This document shows positions 48,420 to 61,501 of a stretch of 64,000 nucleotides of DNA, piece after piece (position 1 is the first letter of the stretch; each line of letters starts with the position of its first letter). Source of the stretch: Chrysomallon squamiferum (taxonomy: Eukaryota > Animalia > Mollusca). The notes beneath the pieces are model-generated. The model ran no database searches and was not told the origin of the DNA. It saw nothing but the letters and a program-made list of their open reading frames with translations. Where the stretch lies: NCBI GenBank assembly GCA_012295275.1, contig CM022678.1:15314001-15378000 (forward strand), written 5' to 3'. The position numbers and the translations under genes are program-made.

Positions 48420-48995
48420 GTGTGAAATAGATGTTCTTTATCACGTCCAGGTTGGTATGATGGTGGTGGTGGTGGTGGTGGTGGTGGTGTGTGTGTGTTG
48501 GTGTGTGTGTGTGTGTGTGTGTGTTATTTACATTTACATGGTTAAGTTTTCAAATACTGTCGTAAATATCAGCTTTTTTCTATTGAATGAATGAATGAAT
48601 GATATTCCCGCACGAAAAACGTTCCGGCTATTAAGGTGTCAAACCAAAGGTAAATACAACAAAATGATGATTACTTTATATATAAGAATTCAAAAATTAA
48701 TAAAAACACAGAATAAACACTAGTAACAAGTACTAACATAAACCTTTTGTGAAATAGAAGTTCTTTACAATGTCCAAGTTGGTATAGGGGGAAGTGTATT
48801 TACATTTACATGGTTGGGTTTTCAAATGCTGTCATAAACTTAAGCTTTTCTCTGTTGAATGAACTAATGAATATTTAACGACATTCCAGCACGTAAAACA
48901 TTCTGGGTGTCAAACCAAAGGTAAATATAACAAAACTGTGATTACTTTATATATAAAAATTAAAAAATGAATTAAATCACAGAATAAAGAGCAGT
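48420..48995. repeat. ~330 bp tandem duplication containing a short interspersed-repeat-like segment
   Basis: tgtgaaatag...atttacatttacatggtt...gcacg.aaa...ggtgtcaaaccaaaggtaaata occurs at ~48420-48715 and ~48748-48990. Confidence 0.8.
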
Positions 48996-49161
48996 GTAAA
49001 AAATAAAATATCACAGTTTAATTAATAGTAAAATTGTGTAACTAAACATTTTAAAAACAATTTCAGGATGGAATAGAAATGATTCCATTACATTTATTTG
49101 AACAAATATATTTTTATATATAGTAACATTTATTTGAACAAATATATCTTTATATATAGTA

Positions 49162-49203
<42 letters not shown>

Positions 49204-49240
49204 TAACAACAACAATTATAATAATAATAACAACAACAGC

Positions 49241-49283
<43 letters not shown>

Positions 49284-50134
49284 GTAATAGTAATATAATA
49301 ATAAAAACAACAACAAACACAACAACAACAACAATAATAATAATAATAGTATTTGTTACTAATTTCTATTTAAAGAAACAAATAAATAGCTACATCCGCT
49401 GAAAAGTCAAAGAGTGGTTGACTGGTACATACACGTACACAGATAAAACTGTTGCTAAAAACCTGAATACCTCCATTTTGCACCTTCACAATTAGAGTCG
49501 AAATGAGATAGCGTATGTCTCGGACTGGTACATGTATTTTCTAAAATACTTATTTATATATCTATCTATCTATATATCTATATCTATATCTATATCTATC
49601 TATCTATCTATATATATATATATGTATCTTCATATGGATAGATTAAAAACAATGATAATAATGATAGAATATATTAAATTAAATGGATAATAAATTCATA
49701 AATAAATAAATAAGAAAAATTTAAAGAAGAGAAACTAAAAGACTGTAAAACATGAATTTATTGACATGAATTTATTATGACAAGTAAACCTTTGTTGTAG
49801 CATTTATTTGTGCAAATACGAGGTCTCTACTGAAGAATCACGTTATGCAAATAAAAGTTTTATTTCGTATCGTTGTTTATTTAATTAACAAGTCATTTTA
49901 CTGAGTACTTCAAACCAGAAAGTCACGTTATTTACATTGCTTGTTTGAATCTACTTTTAAAAGAGTAGTTTTGAAATTTACCAGAAAATAAAAAGGAACA
50001 TAGGAATAGAAAATGATCTATTCAAGCATTAAAAAGCTATGGAGTTTCTGCTTAATGTTAATATTGATATAAGTGACGTAAATGAAGTCAACCAGTTAAC
50101 TTGTCCAGGTTGGTTCTACACGTTGTACTCAGAC

Positions 50135-52317
50135 ATGATGGTTCGTCTAAGACGATGGACTTTTCTTACTGGACTCGCTGTCTGTTTTGTCCTGCAAGCT
50201 GAGGCTGCAGTTGTTAGTATAAATATTTTATTATTTCACAGTCTACACGAATTAGTTATTATTTTTGTTAGGTATTTTTAATAATTCTTGATATAATGTA
50301 TTTTACTCGCAGTCCGACAGCAAAATCGAACATCATCCGATAGTGGCGAATCTTTACGAAGACACACGAGAGAGAACTGAAGTCGTCTGCATGACGTGTA
50401 CCGTACCAGACGACACGGCAACGACTCCGGCAGCCGCCGCCGCAACCACTAAAACTACTATTGCGACTACAGGAGGAGCAACGACGGTTACAACAGCAGC
50501 GACAACCCTGTCGACAACCCCAGCTTTGGTACACAGTGGAAAATACGAAATCTCTGATACTGGTATTTCTCCGTCCAGTCTGTGTAGTAAATGTTTCGAT
50601 GTGTATAACATGACAGATGCCTCAGGTAACAACGGTAGGTGAAGTTTTCTCCCGTTCTGACCATAGTTTTATAACTGATTTATAGGAAACTGCGGTGAGT
50701 TGTTTCAAGTATATTTACAGTGTTCTTTGACTATAAGAAGTGTAGAATATATAAACGTATTTTGCATCTTCCAGATTACGTTTTCTTTCTTTCGGTTTCT
50801 TTTCATAGTGATTTTTAAAATGGTTATTATCCTATTATATACAAAAACAGTATGTTACTCGTTATTCTTATCACTGAATATGTACACACACATAAATACA
50901 CATAGATACCTAAACAAATACACATATTCAGAAACATACACACTAACGTAAAATAAAACTATTTAGACACACAAATACACCCACCCACACACACACTTTT
51001 AAATAGCGAACATCTGACATGGGCCAGAATACACCAACACTACCGACAAAGACAATGGGATCAGACATTATTCACAGACGAATCCTGGTTTTGAGTTCAG
51101 TTTGCGGATGGTTGGCGTTGTGTGTGGAGTCGACGGGGAGGCAGTGCCAGCGTCATGGTCTGGGACGTCATTCATGTTGGAGGTAAATCAGATCTCGTTT
51201 TCATTCACAGAAACATGATGCTCAATGTTACTGTGACGAGATCTTTAAACTAGCTGTCATTCCTTTCCTGCAGCAGCATCCTGCTTTCTGTTTCAACATG
51301 ACAACGCTAGACCACACACCGCTAGGTTAACCACGAATCTTCTTGATCGGAACCACATCCACTGAACTGGCCACCTAAGTCCCCTGACGTGTCCCTAACT
51401 GAGCATGCATGAGACCTACTGGGCTGTAGGGTACGCGAAAACCATCCTCAAATCCTTAATGTTCCTGACCTACATGTTCTGAACCGGGAATGGAACGCAA
51501 TTACTGATCCTGAGATTAATGCTCTCATTAGAAGCATGAGATGATGATATGCTGCTGTCATCAGTCCACTGGTGCACACACACACACACACACACATTAC
51601 TGAGCCTCTCTCACCATTTGGGTAGATGCATCCCTCCGTTTCGCCAGTTGACATTAAAGTAACAACGTTGATACCGCAACAATGTGTTACAGCTGGCCAA
51701 ATTAAGAAATGCTTTATCAATGTGTACAAATAAATTCAATAAATCAGGTTATCTGTATTTCATATCCATGTTCGTTATCGCTAAACTTATTTGGCATAGT
51801 AGACAATATGTTTGTTCTACAGAATACTGCCTGTACTATCTGCCAAGTCAGGGTTCTCTTTCCTACACGACTGTGCAGCAGTATGACGTCACAGTTACGT
51901 GCACGGACGACCTAGGTCACTCTTCGTCTGATGTCGTACAAGTTCGTATTGTTCCGAACAGTCCTCCTGTTCTGGATAAGAAAACGGGTAAGAAAACGTG
52001 ATTTCTACATAAAGTTAAGATTTGTTGAAAAAGAAGCTCTACTCACAGACACAAAGAGTAAATAAAACGTATGTACATTTTTGTATCTCAATATTTATTT
52101 TGAAGGATGCAGTAAGAATTAAAAAAAAAAAAAATAAGAAGAATGTTTTCATGATTTTGGTTTCTCTTATTTAATTATGTAAAAGAAGAGAAATTTAACA
52201 ATAACTTTTTAAATGCACATTAATAGATCACTGATATTCAAAACTGTCTACAACAGATTTTTGATAAAAGGACGTTATTATGAAGATACGGGACACCTAA
52301 TAAAGAAAACGAGAGAG

Positions 52318-52390
<73 letters not shown>

Positions 52391-52754
52391 TTTGAAATAT
52401 TTTTAGTTAGCAAGTAACTTCTAGAATAATAATACACTTTACAGATGTGAAATTAATGTTTGTGTGTTTCAGATTCATGCAGCATTGATTCTACTTGTTT
52501 GTGTGTTTCAGATTTATGCAGCATTGATTCTACTTGTTTGTGTGAACACGGGTCACACCATTTTGTGTGTTTCAGATTCATGCAGCATTGATTCTACTTG
52601 GAACACGGGTCACACCATCTTTGAGACAGGGCAATATGTGCACGACAACAACAGTGACCCTCTGTACTTCTCCATGGTAACGGATCCACCTTCGTCCAAT
52701 TTCGCAATCGGACAGAGTAAGAAGAGAAATAAATAATAGTAGTTATTTATTTAT

Positions 52755-52805
<51 letters not shown>

Positions 52806-53489
52806 GTGAGAGTATCAATGCTGTTGCCGTAGTTGTTTATTTTGTTTACGACGTTTCAGATGACGGTGTTATACGAGCTACTGCTGATATGATTCATGAA
52901 TGTAACAGTAAAATTACCTTCAGTGTGAACGTGACGGACAAAGCAAACAAACCTGTCGGTCCTTTGAACATCACGTGTCAAATACAAAGTAAGTTTTTAC
53001 TAACATTGTATTTAGTGATGGTCTCATTTAATATTAGTTGTATGAACAATAAAACAACAACAATAATACAAATGATAATAACAACAACAACAATAATAAC
53101 CCCAAAGATAATAATAACAACAACAACAACAACAATAACAATAATAAAAATATGTCCATTCTAATAGTCGGGTCAGTGGTTATTAAACAGACAATACAGA
53201 ACTACATTTGTTCGCAGATCCGAAACAAGCTATACAAATTGTGAACGCTAACAAGAAAATCTCGGTTGGTGAACATCACCCAGTGGGTTCAGTCCTCACC
53301 AGCTTCGACTTGACCCCTAGTGACCTTCAGTATTATGACGTCAGCACACAACCCCCAGACGCTTTACCGTACATCCATTTTAATAAGACTGAAGGGGGAA
53401 GTAAGTTATTATACCTCCATTTTGTTTTTAAATGTTTAAATATAGTTGTAATTAAATTTCCATGAACATTTTGGTTTGTTTTAAAAAGC

Positions 53490-53550
<61 letters not shown>

Positions 53551-53846
53551 GAAATTATTAATGAAATAATACGAAATTTTCGTTAGCATTCTTAAATATT
53601 TTTTATTATTTATTTTATTCTAAAATTTCTCTCTTGATATTGTGCTGTTTCTTTTTCTATTATTATTATTATTATTATCATTTTAATTTTTTTAACATTA
53701 CTATGCTTCTTTAGTTTATCATCAGTTCTCTTTATAAATTGTTTATTTAATTTGCCAAACTTCTCTATTTCCAGTTTTTGTTGTTTATTTATTAATACTC
53801 CTTTTTTCTATGTTTATATTGTTTATTTCGTTCTTTTTTTTTGTGT

Positions 53847-53887
<41 letters not shown>

Positions 53888-54477
53888 ATTTAATTTTTAT
53901 CTTTCGCCATTTATAAGTTTTATATATAATTTTCTATTTGTATTTAAATAACATTCCAGGGCAGGATATCAGTCTTGTGAGATCATTGAATTACGAAAAC
54001 AGCAGATTCCGACATTTCAACATTTCCATCAAACCACATAACACTTACTGTACATCAGATACCTACTGGATAGACGTAGACGTACGTCTTTTCTTTCTTC
54101 TGTTACTGATAAACAGAACTTTAAAACAAACTCGTCTACTTCGTCTTCTTATTATTATTTTTGTTGTTGTTGTTGTTGTTGTCGTGATCATCATCATCAG
54201 AAATTGTAGAGATTTATTTCCAATAAACAATATATATATATATATAGTGTATCTTATTAATATATATTGTAGATTTTCAACGAAAATGATCCGCCGACAC
54301 TTGTTCCGAATAACGTACATAAATATATTGATGAAGGAAAAGTAAGTAATCACAGTAGATACAAGTAAATAAATTGAAATATATCAAAACATTTGACGAT
54401 TCAAACGATTATAATTAAGAAATACGAAGATAGGATCGCGGATGCAAGTAAATAATAATAATGATATTCGTTTTCTT

Positions 54478-54508
<31 letters not shown>

Positions 54509-56656
54509 TTATTATTATTTGCAGATTGAATTAAACTTCCAAGATCTTTTTACTTTGTATGATGAAGATATGAAAAGCTATGGTGATAGCTGGACATACA
54601 GCATTGCTGGTGATACTCACGGCTTCACCATCGACAAATACACTGGTAAAATAACTGCACCTGACTACGACGTTGACGGCGATGTGAACAACTTGCCATT
54701 CAAAAACGTCAAGCTTGACATTGTAGTGCACGACTCCAAAGGTGCAAACGACAGCGCGGAACTCAACCTGCACATTCGCGACATCAACGACAACAGACCA
54801 AGGTTTACAGAATCTATGTTTACTGCAGAAGTCTCTGAGTGTCGAGGTTTAGGAGACAAACTGGTAACTTCAAAAAGATACATAAACCGTTATCTTAAAG
54901 ACGATGATTTAGGTCTCGATCACGACAATGAGGTACAATGTGTACCTGCTAGTAATGATGAAATCGCCATTGACGCTGCTTGTAAGGTAGTTTGTTCCTT
55001 CTAGCCTTAAAATCTCTTTTTAATTGTGTTTTGTAATGATCCAAACCTTCATATTCTTTCATTAAAACATCAATCAATTTCACGTGCTAATTCATATGTA
55101 ATGAAACACATTTCATTGAACTTTTCGAAAATCCTGCGTCCACAGTTTGAACCCATAAACAAATCTTTTTCTGTCCTTGGCAGGTTTACTACGTTGGCTA
55201 CATCCCTGGTGGAACAACGTCAACGCTAGAGTTCTATGGGACAGACAGAGGTTCGAATCCTCATCCACTACGAACGAAATACCCGGCTCAGATCGTCGTA
55301 ACGTCTAGGATATGCACCACCACTACATACATACCTCCTACTAAAATCGTACGCCAAGAACCAGAGCACGTTGTGGTCACTTCAACTACGACAGTGCTGG
55401 TAACATTACCACCGCAGCCTACAACAGCGCCAGTACCCAGCAGCAACACAAGCAATTTAGCTTGGATCATCCCATCAGCCATTCTGGGTGCACTAGCACT
55501 CGGAGGGTTAGGATTTATGATGTGGAAATACTGTAACCGTGAGACGTATGAGATATTGTTGTATTTACTGCAGACATACACACACATACACACGCACACA
55601 CACATACGCACAAACACATATACGCATAGAAACATACAAACATTATATATACTCACCTGTTGTTACATAATCTAGGATATAACCGAGGACTGACTGCGAA
55701 CATAATTTTAAAACTAAAATTAACGTAAAATGTAAACAAAAAGTAAGATTTGTGTTTCAGACCACCTCGACCTCCTACTCCGAAACACGTCAAACCAGCG
55801 ACCCCACCCTCACCAGAACCCCCCAAACGGTAAGTAGAAAAGTGTTTCATATTACTGATTATTGATTCAAGACCTCAAACACACCCACACACACCGACAG
55901 TGGTCATGTTAAATGGATTTAAAAATTCAAAAATCTAAAAGTTCTTGCATCCATACATACACACGTACGTACATATGTAAGTACTGGAGCAGAACACAAA
56001 ATAAGCGCTACAAGAAAAAATAACATGATAAAATAAAAACATAAACTTAACAGTACTGCTATGAATTAACTTCTCAATGTTTATTTTCAGAATCAAGACA
56101 CCCGATCCTCCTGAACCCACACCAGTAGAAGAGGGTATAATATGTCTGTCTGACTATCTATCTGTCTGGCTATCTGTCTGTCTGTCTATCTGTCTGTCTG
56201 TCTATCTGTCGGTCTGTCTCTCTGTCTGTCTGTCTATCTGTCTCTCTGTCTGTCTGTCGGTCTGTCTCTCTGTCTGTCTGTCTATTTGTCTCTCTGTCTG
56301 TATATCTGTTTATCTATCTGTCTGTCTATCTATCTTTCTATCTATCTGTCTGTCTGTCTATCTGTCTGTCTATCTTTCTATCTATCTGTCTCTCTGTCTG
56401 TCTGTCTATCTGTCTCTCTGTCTGTCTCTCTGAGTATCTATCTATCTACCTATCTATCTACAGTGTTGTTTGGCTTGTAGCAATAGTAGTAGTAGTCGTA
56501 ATAATAATTCAGGTTGAGAATCTCTTATCCGAAATTCCGAACAGCGAAATTTTTCCGAGTTGTAGAAGTAGCGATATTTTCAAACCGTTTTGTGTACAAA
56601 ATTACTAAAATAATTATATAAAAATATCCTGCAGATATTATTAGTAAGTAGTAGTA

Positions 56657-56730
<74 letters not shown>

Positions 56731-56912
56731 CACACAGGTATTTTTCTTTTTTAGCTGAAGTTAAGTGGGTTTATAGTGGGACGTCCGTGTCTTACGAGTA
56801 CACGACGGCGGAGGTTGCTACGCAACCAGTGACACAGTACGAACTGCAGCCAGTAACTTACGAGGTTCAGCCCGTACAAATTGTTGAAACTCAGCCTTAT
56901 GTGACTTATTGA
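50135..56912 (+). CDS. Atypical (non-classical) cadherin-domain type I membrane protein
   Basis: Exons 50135-50212 (signal peptide), 50313-50634, 51823-51987, 52576-52716, 52860-52988, 53218-53400, 53960-54081, 54273-54341, 54525-54986, 55184-55545, 55761-55829, 56091-56134, 56755-56912 join in frame. Cadherin motifs LNYE, FNENDPP, IRDINDNRPRF, TDRG; TM LAWIIPSAILGALALGGLGFMMW; Pro-rich and Tyr-rich tail. Confidence 0.85.
51010..51800 (+). mobile_element. Degenerate Tc1/mariner (Tc1-like DDE) transposon remnant in cadherin intron 2
   Basis: Broken frames read FTDESWF (~51072), VMVW, FQHDNARPHTARLT (~51291), WPPKSPDVSLTEHA*DLLG (~51368) and EWNAI...INALIRSMR**YAAVI; these are Tc1 transposase motifs with stops and frameshifts. 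Confidence 0.88.
56143..56460. repeat. (TCTG/TCTA)n compound microsatellite
   Basis: Directly visible; source of the LSVC ORFs. Confidence 0.95.
56510..56560 (+). mobile_element. Possible pogo/Tigger-like terminal fragment
   Basis: caggttgagaatctcttatccgaaattccgaa resembles my recollection of Tigger-type ends (CAGGTTGAG.ATCCC..ATCCGAAA); no partner end found. Confidence 0.3.
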
Positions 56913-56967
56913 TACGCCAGTCGATAACGATTCACTTTCCGCTTTTGCTGTTGCTTGTAATCATAAT

Positions 56968-57039
<72 letters not shown>

Positions 57040-57139
57040 ATATTTTAATGTAGCTGTTGCTCGTAAAATGAAACAGACAAAACAACTGATATAATTAATG
57101 TAAACTATAGATCTGAAAATGGGGAGGTAATTCATTTTA

Positions 57140-58539
57140 AAATACGTATGAAATGACTTTCGTTATAAAGATATTAGAAATATACTGATACTAAAACTAG
57201 TAATAAATAAATAAATAAATACATAAAAATAAAATAAGATCACTGGACAAAACTACTAGATTAAATTTCCAGGTTTATAATCATTATATCATAAATTTAA
57301 ACTAATGAGAGATCTTGCTATTCACGACTACTTTTAGTTCATATTACACTTTAAATACTGCGTTTTCTTAATCTTACTGAATACTTAATATTTATTTTAA
57401 TATTATTCCGCATATCGTATATTTATTTTAATATTATTCTGTGTTCATTTTAATTGATATTCATATTATTTTGTTTTGTTTTTATTTATTTTAATCTTAT
57501 TCTATAATTTTTGTGGAAATTAATATAAAACATAAAATAATGATATTCAAAGAAATATAAAACATACTGTAATAATATTTTCATATTATTTTCTAAGATA
57601 TATAAAATATTTTCACTGATTACCACAGCTTGCAAATTAGGGTTAAAGCTTTTTATTCTGTTCTGTAGGAGATACTAAGTGTTTGTGTTTGCTTCTTCAT
57701 TGGACCCAGCCATTTACTTTAGCAAATAAATTTATATATTTTATCATTCTTTGTTCTATATTAAATAAACTTGATGTTTGCTTGTAAAAAAAAAAAAAAA
57801 TAAATAAATAAACAATTTTTCTACATGTCAGTGACTATTAATATTGTTTAACATGTACTCGAATGTGTCAGCTTAACCTGTCTCTAACACAGCAGAAGCA
57901 GACGACAGTAATTTAGAAATTTCTTTTCCCCTAGAACTACATACTTCTACAAACTGCTACAAATCAAACTACTGTTTACATAATGTTTTTATGTAGAAAC
58001 AAAACGCGCACGACCTTACTGTCATTCAATAAAGAGCCGATATAAAGTTACATACTTATCTTTGTTGGAAGGGAACAAAAGATTTTGAACAAAGAAACGA
58101 AATGAAATCTGTGTTACATCTCTGTTACACATTTGTTATCAAACTGATCTGCACGACACAAACACTGGTTTTCATAAATATTACAATACTTCATACAGTA
58201 CTTATTCTTATTTTTCTATATTACAATATTAATTAGTTTTAACTGTTTTATATTTATCTTAATATTATTCTGTAATATAAATTAAATATTTTCTTTGATT
58301 ATATTGCAAATTATTTTAAATATTTTTCTTCTGTTCTTGTTTTATTGATCTATTTTAGTTTGCGTACAGCCATTTACTTTAGTAAGTAAATTTAAGTATA
58401 TTTAGCTATTTTAATTTCTGTAAATTAACTAAAATAATTATTTTAAGCTGTATTTTTATTTAGTATGTCTAACACTAATGTACAGAAATGTAATTCATTT
58501 TAAAGTAGGTATGGAAAGACTTTCGTTATAAAGTTAACA

Positions 58540-58599
<60 letters not shown>

Positions 58600-59600
58600 G
58601 TAAATAAATAAATAAATAAGATCACTGGATAAAACAAGTGGATAAAATTTCCAAGCTTATAATTATATTATAATTTAAACTAATGAGAGAACTTGCTATT
58701 CGCGACTATTTTTAGTTCCTTTTATATTTTCTATACAACATTTATTATTAATCTTACTGTATACTTAATATTTATTTTAATTTTGTTCTGTATGTTTTTT
58801 ATTTATTTTAATATTATTCTGTAAATTTTACATCAAAATAAATATATAACATACTGTAATAGAATTTTAATATTATTTTCTAACATTTATTTTCACTGAT
58901 TACCACACCTTGTAAATTAGGTTTAAAGCTTTTTATTCTGTTCTATAGGAGATAATAAGTGTTTGTATTTGCTACTTTACTGGACTAGTACACTTTGAAC
59001 CCAGCCATTTAAATAGATATAAAAACAAACAATTATTGTACATGTCAGTGACTATTAATATTGTTTAACATGTACTCGAATGTATCAGCTTAACCTCTCT
59101 TTAACACACAAGAAGCAGACGACAATAATTTAGAAATTTCTTTTTACCCAAGAACTGCATACTTCTACAAACTGCTACAAATCAAACCACTCTTTACATA
59201 ATGTTTTTATATAGAAACAAAACTCGCATTACCTTAATTGTTAAATAAAGAGCCGATATAAAATTACATTTTAAGTATTTTTGGAGGGAAACAAGAGTTT
59301 TGAACAAAACAACGCAATGGAATCTGTATATCTCTATTACACATGTATTGTAAAACAGATCTACATGACAGAATAACTTGTTATTCATAAATATTATAAT
59401 GCTTGATATAATAAGTTTTATATTTATTTTAATATTATTCTGAATTATTTTAAATATTTTTCTTCTGTTCTTGTTTTACTAAACTATTTCATTTTGAAGA
59501 AGCTATTTACTTTAATAACCAGGTTTACACATATTTTGGTATTTATTTTTTTGTAAATTAACTAAAATAATTAGTTTTAATTTTAATAAAATAAAATATT
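57140..59600. repeat. ~1.1-1.35 kb diverged tandem duplication (57140-58500 / 58505-59600)
   Basis: Shared blocks gactttcgttataaag, taaactaatgagaga, ttcactgattaccaca, catgtcagtgactattaatattgtttaacatgtactcgaatgt and aaagagccgatataaa occur in the same order; a partial third copy lies near 59790-59920. Confidence 0.88.
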
Positions 59601-59711
59601 AGTTCAATAACTCTGCACTGTATAGTTAATACGATATGCAGTTTTAACATTTACTTCTAATAAACGAAATTTAAACAAACAGAATATAAAATAATTAAAT
59701 AAATGAATGAA

Positions 59712-59750
<39 letters not shown>

Positions 59751-60539
59751 ACAAGTGGGTAAGTAAGTTTTGTACAAGTTAGTATGTACTGACATTATTT
59801 AACGTCATCACGGATGTGACAGATTAACATCACACACTGAATAAGAAGCAGACGACACAACCCGGACCTCACCGATTTAGACTTTTCTTTTTTCTCCGAG
59901 AACTTTATAATTCTATTACAGTAGAAAATACCCTCAATAGAAAGGAGGTTTTTTTTTTTCTTTTGTGGGTGTGTCTTGTTCCTTGTTTGTTTTTCTTTAG
60001 TAAATCTTGGACGACGTTAATACAGTATGTACGTATATGTATGTATATTTATATACAAACACATACATAGATAACGAAACACACACTCAGAAAACAAATA
60101 CTAATGTACAAACATCTCTCTCTTTCTCTGTGTCCACACACAAACGCGCACACACACAACATCCATATATATATATGGACATAACCGTTATGATTAAAAT
60201 ATTTTATATTCAGTTCCTTTTAAATATGTTTGAATTTTTCTGTTTTATATCCGCTATTAAAATATACTACTGCGTCTTTCAGGTCACTTTGAGACTGACT
60301 CAGCCACGCCTGAATGGTCTCGAGGACAAGGCTAAGGTCAGTGAATCATAACGGAAAACCCAGTGATCCACGGTGTAGCTATAAACAATACAAACACATT
60401 CTGAATCTACCCAAAAATAAATCTGAGTTTTCATTTTACTAGGAATATTTTCAAGGTCTCTCTCTTTCTCCATTTGTGATGTCTCTCTCTATATATAACG
60501 TGTGTGTGTATGTGTGTGTGTGAATGTGTGTATGTGCGC

Positions 60540-60573
<34 letters not shown>

Positions 60574-60822
60574 GTATGTGTGTATGTGTGTGTGTGTGTG
60601 TGTGTGTATGTGCATCGTTCCCATTCAGAAGATGTAAACACATCTAAATAGTCAAAGAATTATCATGAAAATAAACTATTAATTTACCATCTTCATTTAT
60701 ATGTACGAGTTTTAATATAATTATGTTTAAACAAGAGCTGAGAATAAACAATAAAAGAAAGAAAGAAAGAAACAAATAAATAAATAAATAAATAAATAAA
60801 TAAACAACAACAGCAGCAATGA

Positions 60823-60861
<39 letters not shown>

Positions 60862-61501
60862 ATACAAGAGACTTCTTCTTCTTCTTCGTCGTCGCTGTGG
60901 ACGTCATCACTGAACGCTGATAACGAACTAACTGGAAATGCGGATTGACGAAAGGGTAGGATCATAAATATGCCGAACAATTACTAAATAAATTACTAAA
61001 TAAATAAATAAATAAATACACTTACCATATATTCATGAAACTAGAATTAGATATTTCAGTTTAAATTTTCTTTTTCAAATTCTGCCTATCTGTAATTTGT
61101 TTAATCATTACCTGCCACGCCTTAATTAAAAAGGATAATGTAAATTTTCTTTATTGGTGAAAAGTTCGTTAGAACAACATGCTGTGTGAATTTAAATAAT
61201 AATAATAATAATAAAACATAACAACAATAGTGACCTTTTATAGGAAAGGTTTATCTCAATATTTTTGAACAGTTAAAAGAAAGAAAAATATACAGAAAGA
61301 GAGAAAAATTAAATAAACGAAATAATAAAGTTGTCGTAATTAATATATAGTCAAAAAGATAACAAAAATTCAACAATCTTTTGAACGTTTTATTAATAAT
61401 ATAAAAATATCTGGGACACTATGATACACTAATATAAGTTTTTGTACACCATATTCAGCTGTGATAATTAATTAATTTATTTATTTTGTCCTTTCAGTTA
61501 C

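Noticed and set aside
56755-56912. ITIM/ITAM motifs in the cadherin tail
   Set aside because: The tyrosines lack Leu/Ile/Val at +3, so they do not fit the consensus.
60283-60351. Possible isolated exon after tctttcag
   Set aside because: Short, no recognisable protein similarity and no partner exons found.
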